51,397 nucleotides of DNA from Thermoleophilia bacterium (GTDB taxonomy: Bacteria > Actinomycetota > Thermoleophilia > Gaiellales > SKUG01): positions 1-51,397 of the forward strand of contig JAOPYV010000169.1 in assembly GCA_025964435.1 (NCBI GenBank), given 5' to 3'. Position numbers and translations under genes: made by a program. The notes below the pieces were generated by a model. The model was not told the origin of the DNA, did not search any database, and worked only from the letters and a program-made list of their open reading frames with translations. Positions 22,134 through 32,150 of the stretch are shown here, piece after piece. Each line of letters opens with the position of its first letter. The first letter of the stretch is position 1.

Positions 22134-22592
22134 TCAGGCGGGCTTGAGCACCATGAGCGCGACGATCGCGACGAGCCAGACCAGCTCGATGCGGGACACG
22201 AGCAGCACGCGACGAATGCGACGCTGGACGTCGGGATGCTCAGGACCGTGCTGGGCAGTCAGCTTGGAGATGCGACCCGATTCCGGGCCGAGGAATCCAG
22301 CACCGGTCAGGAACGACAGGACATAGAGGCCGAGGCTGATGGAGATCCAGGTCGTGTCCGTCGTCCAGGGCCCGTCGTAGACCAGCCAGCCGCCGGCAAG
22401 CACGACGACGAGCGACGCCGGCAGGAAGATGCGCATGCCGATCTTTTCCGCATCGCCGCTGAAGCGCGAGATCGCCACGGCGTCGCCGCGGCCCATCGTC
22501 ATGATGGCCAGCGCCTGGATCGCCATGGCGCCACCGATCCAGACGATCGCGGCCAGCACGTGGACGAACAGTACGAGCTCGTAAGTTTCCAT
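22134..22592 (-). CDS. Four-TM membrane protein, DUF2269-like
   Basis: FVHVLAAIVWIGG ... LMVLKP C-terminus typical of the family. Confidence 0.8.
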   Translation of the reverse strand: METYELVLFVHVLAAIVWIGGAMAIQALAIMTMGRGDAVAISRFSGDAEKIGMRIFLPASLVVVLAGGWLVYDGPWTTDTTWISISLGLYVLSFLTGAGFLGPESGRISKLTAQHGPEHPDVQRRIRRVLLVSRIELVWLVAIVALMVLKPA

Positions 22593-22616
22593 GGGGACGA
22601 CCCTACCCCAGCAGAC

Positions 22617-23417
22617 TTACTCGACGCGAGCTTCCGCCATGCGCTCGAGCTGGTCCTTCATGCGAGCGATCTCTTCCTCGCCCGGGCCGAAGCCTTCGAG
22701 CTCGGGGAGTGCACCGAGGCTGCTGAGGCCGAAGGCGCGCTCGAAGTGTGCGGTCGTGCGGAAGAGCACGGCACCGGAGTCGCTGCGGCCAGCCTCCTCG
22801 ACCATGCCGCGCTCAAGCAGGCCGGTCATCGCGGCGTCGACGGAGACGCCACGGATCTTGGCGATGTCCGGGCGGCTGACGGGCTGCAGGTAGCTGACGA
22901 TGGCGAGGGTCTCGATCGCGCTCGGCGACAGGCGCGTGTCACCCTGCGGGCGCACGAGCTTGCCGAGCTGCTCGCGGCACCGGTCGGAGGCGCGGAATGC
23001 CCAACCACCGGCGACGCGCTCGAGCACGATGCCGCGGGAGCCTTCGCCCCACGCCTGCATCATGTCGACGAGGCACTCGTGGAGGTCGTCCTCATCCTGG
23101 TCGGTGAGCTCGGCGAGCTGCGTCGTGGTCAGCGGCGTGGGCGAGACGAAGAGGAGCGCTTCGACCTGGTGCTCGAGCGGCGCTTCGGCCGGCTCTGACT
23201 TCGGAGCGAGCGGGCGCAGCTGCGCGACCTTCGCCGAGGCGTGGTCGGCCTGGGTGTCGATGACGTCATCGTCGGCCTCGGGCGCATCGGCGTCATCGCT
23301 CACGATGATGCCGTCGTCCTCGACTGCCTCGACGGCGGGCTGCTCGGTGCGCGGGCGCAGCGCGACGACGTTCGTCTCGCGCTCGGCCTGCTCAGGATTC
23401 TCGGTGGTCGTGCTCAT
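22617..23417 (-). CDS. scpB: SMC-Scp complex subunit ScpB
   Basis: VEALLFVS, VAGGW, LSPSAIETLAIVSYLQPVSR, FGLSSLGALP; ATG overlaps the scpA stop. Confidence 0.95.
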   Translation of the reverse strand: MSTTTENPEQAERETNVVALRPRTEQPAVEAVEDDGIIVSDDADAPEADDDVIDTQADHASAKVAQLRPLAPKSEPAEAPLEHQVEALLFVSPTPLTTTQLAELTDQDEDDLHECLVDMMQAWGEGSRGIVLERVAGGWAFRASDRCREQLGKLVRPQGDTRLSPSAIETLAIVSYLQPVSRPDIAKIRGVSVDAAMTGLLERGMVEEAGRSDSGAVLFRTTAHFERAFGLSSLGALPELEGFGPGEEEIARMKDQLERMAEARVE

Positions 23418-24196
23418 GCTGTCTGGAACTCCGTTTCCCCTGCGGCGCCGTCGGCCGCTTCCCCATCCGCGTCGCCAGTGGCTTCGCGGCGTGTCACTTC
23501 GATCGGGCCGAAGCGCGCATCCTGGCGCAGCTCGACGTGACCGTTCTTGCACAACTCGAGCGCGGCGACGAACGCCACGGCCTGGTCGAGGCGGTTGAGC
23601 CCCTCGATGGCCTCGTCGAGCGTGAACTTGGTGCGCTGGCGCAGCGCGGTGAGCAGGCGCCCGGTCATCTCGCTCACGGACGCATGGCGACCGACGAGGT
23701 GACGGATGTCGACATCGCGCTGCGCGAGCAGGACGGTCATCGACTTGTGCAGGAGCGCCGGATCCATGACCGGACCCTCGTAGACGCCTTCCCGCTTGCG
23801 GCGCACGGGGCGCGACGCGATGCGCCACCAGCGCTGCTGGCCGGCACCGGTGCTGAGCCACTGCGCGGCAGTGCGGAAGGTGGAGTAGCGAACGAGGCGC
23901 TCGAGCATGTCGCCCTGCGCATCGAGGCTGCCGGGCTCCTCGATCTCGAGCTCGACGTCCTGTGCGAGCAGTTCGCGCGCCTTGATCTCCATCAAGGCAG
24001 CGACGAGGAGCAGGAACTCGCTCGCGGTATCGGGATCGACGCGCTGCTGCTCCGAGAGCTGCTGCACGTAGCCGACGACGATCTCCGCCAGCGCGACGTC
24101 CTCGACGCCGATCTCCCGGCGCAGGAGCAGCGTGCAGAGCAGGTCGAATGGGCCGGCGTAGGAATCGAGATCGAGCTGAAGGGCGGCAGAACGCAT
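23414..24196 (-). CDS. scpA: Segregation/condensation protein A
   Basis: YAGPFDLL, SEFLLLVAALMEIKARELL, FVAALEL..Q...FGPI. Confidence 0.95.
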   Translation of the reverse strand: MRSAALQLDLDSYAGPFDLLCTLLLRREIGVEDVALAEIVVGYVQQLSEQQRVDPDTASEFLLLVAALMEIKARELLAQDVELEIEEPGSLDAQGDMLERLVRYSTFRTAAQWLSTGAGQQRWWRIASRPVRRKREGVYEGPVMDPALLHKSMTVLLAQRDVDIRHLVGRHASVSEMTGRLLTALRQRTKFTLDEAIEGLNRLDQAVAFVAALELCKNGHVELRQDARFGPIEVTRREATGDADGEAADGAAGETEFQTA

Positions 24197-24276
24197 CGTG
24201 GACGAAGTCTACCGACCCCGTCGGACAGTGAGTACGCTTCTACTACTGATTGAGGGTGTTGGCCCTCAACGGGCCA

Positions 24277-24699
24277 TCATCCCTCGGCGAAGGCCCGACT
24301 CAGGCGTGCGATCTGGTGCGGCGTCGGATGCATGTTCGAGCCGTTGCCGATCGCGATCAGGTCGGCATCGATCTTCGGCCGCCCGAACGAGATCGGCTGC
24401 TCGACGATGTCGGCGAGCGCGTTGCGTGCGCGAATCTGGTCCACCGACGCGAGTGCGCTCGCCGTCACGCGCTTGTTGGCAGCCTCGGCCGCTCCACGCA
24501 GTGCGTCGGGATCAGCGGCACGGACATCCATCGGCAGGATGCCACTGCGCTGCGGCGCGACGTGTCGCCCGCCCGGCGTGGCCTTCGCCGTACCCATGAT
24601 GGCGGCGAACTCCTTGTTCGCGCCCTGGAAGTTCGGTACCGCGAGATGCTTCGGCCCGACGATGATGCGCTGCGTGAGTGCTGTCAGTGGATTCGCCAT
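24277..24699 (-). CDS. Hypothetical protein
   Basis: Strong GGGGGAGG RBS; coding-like codon bias. Confidence 0.6.
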   Translation of the reverse strand: MANPLTALTQRIIVGPKHLAVPNFQGANKEFAAIMGTAKATPGGRHVAPQRSGILPMDVRAADPDALRGAAEAANKRVTASALASVDQIRARNALADIVEQPISFGRPKIDADLIAIGNGSNMHPTPHQIARLSRAFAEG

Positions 24700-24853
24700 G
24701 ATGTCCTCCCCCAAGGATCGATCTGCCTGCTTGTCGAACTGGTCGATCGCGGACGTTGCAGGGGTGCCACCCGTTGGCCGCTCTTCGGGCCCACGAGCTT
24801 GGCCGCATTGCTAGCAAAGGCAATGGATTTGCACGGTGTGTCACCCTGAAGGA

Positions 24854-26644
24854 ATGCCTTGCCTGCGCACCATCTTGAGCCTGACCCTCCTGCTGCTGGC
24901 GCTTGCAGTACCTGCTGCGCACGCCGAGGACGACCATGGCGGCATGCATCCCACGCCAACGCCACCGGTCGCCGGCGACGCCCGCTTCATGCCCGGCACC
25001 GTCGGCCCGGTCGTCTTCCGGGGCACGGCACAGACCGTGGTCGTTCCCGATGGACCCGGCTTCGGCGGCGAGCAGGGACGAACCCAGAACTCCGGTGACC
25101 TGCGCAAGAACAACTACAGCGTCACTGACGCCAACTTCAACAACGTGCTCGGGCTGCTCCCGCGCCACCCCGATACGGGCGCGCCGCTGACGTACGTGCA
25201 GCACATCCAGACCTATGCCGCGGCCGGCTATATCGAGACCTTCGCGCCCGAGACCTACGCGCACATGATCATGCACCAGAACCGCGGCGAGGGCACCGTC
25301 CTGGGCGCCGCTGCCTTCCTCATGGGACTGGTGCGGACCAGCGATGCGGCCGCCCATGGGCTCACGGCGTCGAGCATTCCCGCGACGCTGCCGGGCACGA
25401 GCATCCTGGCGCGCAGCTACGTGCGGTTCACGCGCGACGCCACGGGCCAGCAGTGGGCGCGCGCGCATCACGCGCAGACCGCGTCGGGCGTCTACAAGAT
25501 GCTCGTCGATGCCGGGGTCAACCCATCGACGGCGCTCATCCTCGCCAGCGATGATGGGATCTCCGGCGCGGGTCGCCTCAACGGCATGAACGAGCAGGAT
25601 GGCTCACGCGACGGATTCAACGCCGGCGAGCGCGCGACGTGGGCGTTCGCCGCGCAGCTGCAGGCACAGGGTGGGCTGCCGATCATCATGCACATGATAC
25701 ATGGCCACGACCACGCCGGCATCGACGCGAGCGCATTGACCAAGCCGAAGGTGAACGGGCTGATCGGCATGGCTGCCGACGACCGAAGTGCCTCCGACGC
25801 TCGGGCAGCGGCGCTCTTCGCGGCGCTCCAGGATGGACGCGTCGCAACCCCGGCGACTGCAGCGGCCGACCAGAACCTGACCGTGCGCAACCAGTCGTTC
25901 CTCAAGCCGGCGACCGCACTGCGCGTCGATGTCGACTCCATGGACTGGGAGCAGGCGGTCGGCTCGGTGCGTACCACCAAGGTCCGGGTCAAGAACGATG
26001 GGCCGCACGTCGCGCTCGACGTGGCGCTGACGCTCGCCACGTCGCGCAACCTCCAGCTCCTCTCGATCGGCGCCCCTACCGGCAGCACCTGCTCCGGTGC
26101 CGCGTGCTCGGTCGGCGACGTCTCGGCCGAGACCGATCGCGAGAAGGTCTTCACCGTCACGGTCAAGTTCGTCGGCGGCGGACGCACCTCGCTCACGGCG
26201 TCACTGACCACGTCGTCACCGGTCACCGGCTCGAACATGGTCCGCCAGAAGGAGAACTCCGCGCGGATCGCCTCGAAGGGCACCGTCGGCATGACGACGA
26301 CGGCTCGCAGCTTCCGCTACGCCGCATGTGGCTTCAGCCCGGTGCGTCAGGCGTGCGTGACCAAGCGCGCCTTCGGCACGTCGTTCCTGGCGATCGTCAA
26401 CCCGGCACGTCAGGACGCGCGCTCGTCGCGGCGCACGGTCGAGGTCGTGTACCAGCAGCGCGTCGGCAAGATGTGGAGGACGCGACACACCACGAAGGCG
26501 AGCGTGGATGTCGCCGGCCGTGCCCGCGTCCGCACGGCGAAGAACCAGCTTGCCCGGGGCGTCTGGCGTGTCCAGGTCAAGGCAAGCAGCCATGGGAGCC
26601 TGCTCGGGACGACCAGCGCGCACCGCTACTTCGCCGTGCGCTGA
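24854..26644 (+). CDS. Secreted His/Met-rich protein with a DUF11/Ig-like module
   Basis: Sec signal ending AHA; VRVKNDGPHVALDV...C....CSVGDV is DUF11-like; basic C-terminal beta domain. Confidence 0.75.
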   Translation: MPCLRTILSLTLLLLALAVPAAHAEDDHGGMHPTPTPPVAGDARFMPGTVGPVVFRGTAQTVVVPDGPGFGGEQGRTQNSGDLRKNNYSVTDANFNNVLGLLPRHPDTGAPLTYVQHIQTYAAAGYIETFAPETYAHMIMHQNRGEGTVLGAAAFLMGLVRTSDAAAHGLTASSIPATLPGTSILARSYVRFTRDATGQQWARAHHAQTASGVYKMLVDAGVNPSTALILASDDGISGAGRLNGMNEQDGSRDGFNAGERATWAFAAQLQAQGGLPIIMHMIHGHDHAGIDASALTKPKVNGLIGMAADDRSASDARAAALFAALQDGRVATPATAAADQNLTVRNQSFLKPATALRVDVDSMDWEQAVGSVRTTKVRVKNDGPHVALDVALTLATSRNLQLLSIGAPTGSTCSGAACSVGDVSAETDREKVFTVTVKFVGGGRTSLTASLTTSSPVTGSNMVRQKENSARIASKGTVGMTTTARSFRYAACGFSPVRQACVTKRAFGTSFLAIVNPARQDARSSRRTVEVVYQQRVGKMWRTRHTTKASVDVAGRARVRTAKNQLARGVWRVQVKASSHGSLLGTTSAHRYFAVR

Positions 26645-26736
26645 GCGCGGCTTCACTTCCGCTTCACGGGGCGCTCCCCGCGCCTGAACGCAGGTCGACT
26701 ACCTTCTGGCTGCTCGCACCAGGAGGAGGCAGACCC

Positions 26737-26931
26737 ATGTTCAGTCGAACGCGAACCGCAGCGTCCCCCATCCGCTGCGCGCTTCGAGCATTGCGTGACC
26801 CATCGCTCGTCGACGGCGCCGGCCCCGTGGTCGATGGCTGCTGCGCCGACCACGGCATGCCGCGCCGCGGCCACGACACCGCTGGCGCGCGGCGCCTGGT
26901 GAACGGCCTGCTGTTCGCCCGCTCGAGCTGA
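26737..26931 (+). CDS. Small hypothetical protein (64 aa)
   Basis: AGGAGGAGG RBS 7 nt before the ATG; fills an intergenic gap. Confidence 0.5.
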   Translation: MFSRTRTAASPIRCALRALRDPSLVDGAGPVVDGCCADHGMPRRGHDTAGARRLVNGLLFARSS

Positions 26932-26973
26932 GCGACCGGCATCACTCCGGAAGGCGACGGGTACGAGCGGTGC

Positions 26974-28503
26974 ATGACCTCCACGACTGCACCTGCGACC
27001 GCGACGCCCGAGCTGCTCGAGGTCGTCAATCCGGCGACGGGCGAGCATGTCGCGACGGTCGCGTGCACCGCAGGTGACGAGGTCAGCGCGATCGCCGATC
27101 GCGCCCGAGAGGCGCAGGCCAGCTGGGGGCGGACGCCGTGGCGGGAGCGCGCACGCGTGCTCCGCCGCTTCCACGACCTCCTGTTCGAGCGTGCCGACGA
27201 GGTGCTCGACACGATCCAGTCCGAGACCGGCAAGTCGCGACGCGATGCGTTGAGCGAGCTCATATCCGTCGCCGGAACGGCTCGCTACTTCCTGGCCCAC
27301 GGCCGCCGACAGCTTGCGACGCGCCGAGCACGCGGCGCGCTCCCGTGGGTGACGAGCGCCCGTGAGGTGCTGCACCCGCGTGGCCTGGTCGGCCTGATCA
27401 CGCCCTGGAACTTCCCGTTCCTGCTCGGCATCGGCGACGCGCTGCCAGCGCTCGCGGCCGGCAACGCGGTGCTGCTCAAGCCGAGTGAGCTGACACCCCG
27501 CTCGGCGCTGCTGGCCCGTGACCTGCTCCTCGAGGCAGGCCTCGATCCCGAGCTGCTCCACGTGCTGGTCGGCACCGGCGCCGAGCTGGGCGCACCACTC
27601 ATCGACGCGGTCGACTACATCGGCTTCACCGGCAGCCTCGCGACCGGACGCCTCGTCGCCCAGCGCGCCGCAGCGCGTCCCATCCCCTGCTCACTGGAGC
27701 TGGGTGGCAAGAATCCGATGCTCGTGCTTCCGGGTGCGAACGTCGACCAGGCGGTCGCAGGCCTGCTGCTCGGCAGCTTCGCCAATGCCGGACAGACCTG
27801 CATCGGCATCGAGCGCGTGTACGTGCACGCGGAGCTGTGGGACGACTTCGTCACCGCGGCCGCGACCGCCACGGCGTCGCTCCGACAGGGCTGGTCGACG
27901 GGGTGGGACGTCGACCTCGGCAGCCTTGCCTCCAACGACCATGCCGAGCGCGTTCGCGACCACCTGCGTGATGCGATCGAGCGCGGTGCGACGGTGGTGG
28001 CCGGCGGCCTGGACGTTCCCGAGGGCCTGCCCGAGACCTTCGTGGCACCCACGCTGCTGACTGACACTTCTGACGGGATGCTGCTGCAGCGCGAGGAGAC
28101 GTTCGGGCCGGTCGTGCGACTGGAGCGCGTCGCGAGCGAGGCCGAAGCGATCCAGCGCGCCAACGATTCCGAGTACGGGCTCAACGCCTCGGTCTGGGCG
28201 GGGAGTCGCCGCGCTGGCCGTCACGTCGCCCGGCAGCTCGTTGCTGGCTCCGTCGGCGTGAACTCCACGCTGCTCATCTACGGCAGCTTCGACGTGCCGA
28301 TGGGCGGCACCCGCGCGTCCGGAATCGGCGCACGCCATGGCGCGCAGGGCATGCGACGATTCTGCCGGAGTCAGTCGATCGTCTCCTCCTTCCCCCAGCG
28401 CGGCGGCTATGAGGGCCTGCTCGGCCTCGCCGATTCGCCACGCGGCGCGCTGCTCCTGCTGCGCGCGATGCGCACGCTGCGCCGAATCCCCGGAGCCCGC
28501 TGA
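26974..28503 (+). CDS. Aldehyde dehydrogenase (succinic semialdehyde dehydrogenase-like)
   Basis: ITPWNFP, KPSE, FTGS, LELGGKNP, GQTC, EETFGP. Confidence 0.93.
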   Translation: MTSTTAPATATPELLEVVNPATGEHVATVACTAGDEVSAIADRAREAQASWGRTPWRERARVLRRFHDLLFERADEVLDTIQSETGKSRRDALSELISVAGTARYFLAHGRRQLATRRARGALPWVTSAREVLHPRGLVGLITPWNFPFLLGIGDALPALAAGNAVLLKPSELTPRSALLARDLLLEAGLDPELLHVLVGTGAELGAPLIDAVDYIGFTGSLATGRLVAQRAAARPIPCSLELGGKNPMLVLPGANVDQAVAGLLLGSFANAGQTCIGIERVYVHAELWDDFVTAAATATASLRQGWSTGWDVDLGSLASNDHAERVRDHLRDAIERGATVVAGGLDVPEGLPETFVAPTLLTDTSDGMLLQREETFGPVVRLERVASEAEAIQRANDSEYGLNASVWAGSRRAGRHVARQLVAGSVGVNSTLLIYGSFDVPMGGTRASGIGARHGAQGMRRFCRSQSIVSSFPQRGGYEGLLGLADSPRGALLLLRAMRTLRRIPGAR

Positions 28504-28504
28504 C

Positions 28505-29086
28505 ATGAACCGTGCCTGGATCATCACCGTCGTCTTCGCCGCCAGCTGCATCGTCGGTGCCACGCTCGACCAGATCCACGTGCGCTCGGGCGCGCTCGCC
28601 TACGACCACCCTTGGCTGCTGGGCCAGGCGTGGTGGGTACCGCTCCAGTTCGGCTTCGCCTTCGCTGGACTCTGCGCCTTCGCGCTCGAGGTCCAACGGC
28701 GGTTCGGCTCACGCACGCCGCCGATGACGGCGACCTCGCGCGTCGTGCAGCAGGCGACGTGGTTCCTCGCGGCGTATGCGATCACCGGGCTGCTCCACCA
28801 GCGCCCCTGGACCGTCGCGGCGATCCTGGGCGTCATGCTCGCCATCCGCATCGTCTCGGTGCGGCCCGATGCGCCGACGGTGCGCATCATCTTCTTCCTC
28901 GCCGCGGCAGGCACGCTCTACGAGGCGGCCGTCTCCTCGCTGCCGGAGACCTTCGACTACGCCGTCACGGGCGCGGGCATGCCCGTGCCGGTCTGGCTGC
29001 CGCTGCTGTACGCCCACGGCGCACCGCTCCTGCGCACGTTCATGAAGAACGTCACCGCACAGCTCACGGTCGCCTCAGCGCGGTAG
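28505..29086 (+). CDS. Multi-pass membrane protein, possibly a bacterial INSIG-like protein
   Basis: About six hydrophobic segments; GATLDQIH..G...Y..P...WWVPLQFG and PVWLPLLY motifs. Confidence 0.6.
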   Translation: MNRAWIITVVFAASCIVGATLDQIHVRSGALAYDHPWLLGQAWWVPLQFGFAFAGLCAFALEVQRRFGSRTPPMTATSRVVQQATWFLAAYAITGLLHQRPWTVAAILGVMLAIRIVSVRPDAPTVRIIFFLAAAGTLYEAAVSSLPETFDYAVTGAGMPVPVWLPLLYAHGAPLLRTFMKNVTAQLTVASAR

Positions 29087-30067
29087 GAAACCGACCGTCG
29101 CCATCACGCGATCCAGCGTCGACTGCGCGACTTCACGCGCACGATCCGCACCGTTGGCGAGGATCCGGTCGAGCTCGGCCGGGTCGGTCATCAGCTCGGT
29201 GTAGCGCGTGCGGATCGGAGCCAGCAGCTCGACGATCGCCTCACCGGTCGCCACCTTGAAGTGGCCGTAGCCGTTGCTGCCAAACTCCGCGGCGAGGTCA
29301 TCGATGCTGCGGTCGGTCGCGATGTGCAGCAGCTCGAGCAGGTTCGAGACGCCGGGCTTGGCGGCCGGGTCGTAGCGCACCTCGGTCTCCGAGTCGGTGA
29401 CGGCGGACTTGAACTTCTTGAGCACGGTCGCAGGCTCGTCGAGCACCCAGACGGTCCCCTTGTCCGAGGCGCTCGAGGTCGACATCTTGCGCGTCGGCTC
29501 CTGCAGGTCCATCACGCGACCGCCGACCTCGGCGATCAGCGGCTTGGGCACGACCAGCAGGTCGTCGCCATAGCGGTTGTTGAAGCGCTGGGCGAGGTTG
29601 CGCACGAGCTCGAGGTGCTGCTTCTGGTCGGCACCGACCGGCACGACGTCGCTGTCGTAGGCGAGGATGTCAGCCGCCTGCAGCACGGGGTAGGTGAAGA
29701 GCCCGACGCTGACCGAGTCCCCCTTGCCCTCGCTCTTGTCCTTGAACTGGGTCATGCGGCTCAGCTCGCCGAAGTTGGCGACGCACTGCAGCACCCATGC
29801 GAGCTGCGTGTGCTCGGCTGCCACGTGGCTCTGTGCGAAGAGCGTCGAGCGCTCGGGATCTACCCCGACGGCCAGGAGCATCGCGGCAGTGCTGCGCGTC
29901 TGCTCCCGCAGCACGGCGGGATCGGGAAGCAGCGTCAGCGCGTGCAGGTCGGCGACGAAGTAGAAGGCCTCGCCCACGTCCTGGTTGGTCACGTAGTGGC
30001 GCAGTGCGCCGATCAGGTTGCCGAGGTGGGTGCCGCCGGTGGGCTGGATACCGCTGAGGATTCGCAT
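29075..30067 (-). CDS. trpS: Tryptophan-tRNA ligase
   Basis: SGIQPTG..HLGN, YPVLQAADIL, VPVGADQKQH, KMSTS. Confidence 0.97.
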   Translation of the reverse strand: MRILSGIQPTGGTHLGNLIGALRHYVTNQDVGEAFYFVADLHALTLLPDPAVLREQTRSTAAMLLAVGVDPERSTLFAQSHVAAEHTQLAWVLQCVANFGELSRMTQFKDKSEGKGDSVSVGLFTYPVLQAADILAYDSDVVPVGADQKQHLELVRNLAQRFNNRYGDDLLVVPKPLIAEVGGRVMDLQEPTRKMSTSSASDKGTVWVLDEPATVLKKFKSAVTDSETEVRYDPAAKPGVSNLLELLHIATDRSIDDLAAEFGSNGYGHFKVATGEAIVELLAPIRTRYTELMTDPAELDRILANGADRAREVAQSTLDRVMATVGFLPR

Positions 30068-30133
30068 GTGCGGATACTAGAGGCTGCGGCCAATACCCCG
30101 GAGGGCGTCGGCTCGTTCGGTACGATCCTCCGG

Positions 30134-30988
30134 ATGCTCACCTCGCTGCTCGCCACGATTCCCGCGCCGCCCTTCCAGAACCTGGAGGTGGGCCCGCTCA
30201 CGCTGCACGGTTACGGGCTGACGATGGGGGTCGCGATCGTCGCGTCGCTCATGCTCTGCGAGTGGGGCCTCAAGCGCCAGCACGTCGACACGACGCGCTT
30301 CATGACCGCCGGGTTCATCGCGATCGCCTTCGGCTTCCTCGGTGCACGGCTCTACCACGTGGCCAGTGAGCCCAGCCGCTTCGCCGAGAATCCCGAGGAC
30401 ATCCTCGCGATCTGGCAGGGCGGGCTCGGCATCTACGGTGCCGTGCTCGGCGGCGCGTTCGGTGCGCTCTTCTTCGGCCCGCGTTTCGGCATTCCCCGAC
30501 GCGCATGGGCTGACATCGCGGCGCCGGGGCTCCTGTTGGCGCAGGCGATCGGACGGATCGGCAACTACCTCAACCAGGAGCTGTTCGGCAAGCCGCTCGA
30601 TGCGTGGTGGGCGCTCGAGGTGGACCTCGAGCATCGCCCGCTGGCGGTTGCGCAGGAGGCGACCTTCCACCCGACCTTCCTCTACGAATCGCTGCTCAAC
30701 CTCGGGCTCTTCTTCGTCTTCCTCGCCCTCTACAAGCGCTGGACGAGCCGTGCACCGGGCGTGCTACTTCCGCTCTACGTCGCGGCGTATTCGACCGTCC
30801 GCATCATCGTCGAGCCGTTGCGCATCGACGCGGCGCACGAGTGGTTCGGCGTGCGCCAGAACGTCTGGGTCGCCGGCACGCTGATCGTCGCCGGACTGGT
30901 CGTCGCGATCATCATGCAGCGCCGCTATGCGCGGACCGGCTCCAGCGTCGCAGCGTCCAGCACGGCAGCCACGCCGCCCGCTTCGTAA
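30134..30988 (+). CDS. lgt: Prolipoprotein diacylglyceryl transferase
   Basis: GARLYHV, WQGGLGIYG, QAIGRIGNYLNQELFG, HPTFLYES. Confidence 0.96.
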   Translation: MLTSLLATIPAPPFQNLEVGPLTLHGYGLTMGVAIVASLMLCEWGLKRQHVDTTRFMTAGFIAIAFGFLGARLYHVASEPSRFAENPEDILAIWQGGLGIYGAVLGGAFGALFFGPRFGIPRRAWADIAAPGLLLAQAIGRIGNYLNQELFGKPLDAWWALEVDLEHRPLAVAQEATFHPTFLYESLLNLGLFFVFLALYKRWTSRAPGVLLPLYVAAYSTVRIIVEPLRIDAAHEWFGVRQNVWVAGTLIVAGLVVAIIMQRRYARTGSSVAASSTAATPPAS

Positions 30989-32043
30989 GCCTCGATCGCC
31001 GCTTGGGCGGGCGGCTCCAGCAGGAGCCGTTCGAAGACCTCGAACCACGGCTCGGTGCCGAGCGCCTGCGCCCACGGGCGCAGCTGCGCGATGAGGTCGC
31101 GGGCGAGCTCTGCGGCATCCACCGGCGCATCGCGTCCGGGCACGAGGAAGCGGGCGCGGGGCCCGAACTCGGTCGCGCTCCAGCGGTTGTGTCGCTCGAG
31201 GGATGCATGTGCCCGGGCGGGTGTCAGGCCGTCGAGCGATCGCGCCGCGATGGCCTGGACGAGCGCCGCGATGCCGAGCGCCACGGCCGGGTCGGCATTG
31301 GCGTCGGCGGATCGCAGCTCGATCGTGCCGAGTGCGGGCACGGGGGCGACTTCCCAGAGGAAGCGCTGCTCCCCGCCACTCTCCAGCTGGTGCAGCGCGT
31401 GCACTGACTCGTACTCCTGCGCCGAGTCGAAGCGCGGCGGCGGACCACCCCACTGCATCGCGCGCAGCAGCTCGGCCCGCGCGCTCATCCAGGGCGCGCG
31501 CTCACCGCACACGATCGGCGAGTTGGCGGTCAGCGCGATGATGAGCGGGACCTGCGCCGCAATCGCATCCATCGCCAGCACTGCATCGCGCAGGTTCGGC
31601 ATGCCGACGTGCACATGGATGCCATGGGTGACCTGATCGCGCAACGTGCCGACCCGGTCGAACAGCTCTGCGGTCGCGCGATGCGAGCTCGTCGGAGTGA
31701 TGCTCGATTCCGTCACCTTGTGCAGCGGGTGCATGCCCATCGTCGCGACGCGGAGGCCGACAGCGTCGGCGCGCGCCACGAGCTCGTCGCGCAGTGCGTG
31801 CAGGTCGACATCGAGCTGGGGCAGGCCGCTCGCCGTGGCCGTTGCCAGCTCGACGGTCGAGCGCAGCAGCTCCGGCTTGAGCCAGCCACCGGGGACGGCG
31901 ATCGTCTGGAAGTCGCCGTTGAGCACCTCGTCGGCGCGCGGCACCATGCCGGTGAGCTCGCGTTCGGCAGGGAGCAGGAAGAGCTCCTCCTCGATGCCCA
32001 ACGTCAGTGGTTCAGAGGTCTCGAATGTGAATGGGTGCGACAC
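30925..32043 (-). CDS. YbdK-family carboxylate-amine ligase (glutamate-cysteine ligase 2)
   Basis: TLGIEEE, ELAT, GMHP, HGIHVHVG, ANSP, GTIELR; GTG at 32043 with AGGAG RBS. Confidence 0.88.
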   Translation of the reverse strand: MSHPFTFETSEPLTLGIEEELFLLPAERELTGMVPRADEVLNGDFQTIAVPGGWLKPELLRSTVELATATASGLPQLDVDLHALRDELVARADAVGLRVATMGMHPLHKVTESSITPTSSHRATAELFDRVGTLRDQVTHGIHVHVGMPNLRDAVLAMDAIAAQVPLIIALTANSPIVCGERAPWMSARAELLRAMQWGGPPPRFDSAQEYESVHALHQLESGGEQRFLWEVAPVPALGTIELRSADANADPAVALGIAALVQAIAARSLDGLTPARAHASLERHNRWSATEFGPRARFLVPGRDAPVDAAELARDLIAQLRPWAQALGTEPWFEVFERLLLEPPAQAAIEAYEAGGVAAVLDAATLEPVRA

Positions 32044-32093
32044 GAATCTCCTGTGCCCGAGCACCACATCGACCGAACCTGCCCGGTAACGGA

Positions 32094-32125
32094 TCGGCGC
32101 GCCGACCACTTGGTCGGCGCGCCGA
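32094..32125. repeat. Inverted repeat built from two copies of the 12-bp palindrome TCGGCGCGCCGA
   Basis: TCGGCGCGCCGACCA-CT-TGGTCGGCGCGCCGA, between the repeat-protein gene and the ligase gene. Confidence 0.8.
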
Positions 32126-32150
32126 ATGCTTCACCGTGTCCGGCGCTGGA

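Noticed and set aside
30925-30988. lgt / ligase convergent overlap
   Set aside because: 64-bp tail-to-tail overlap, ordinary in GC-rich genomes.
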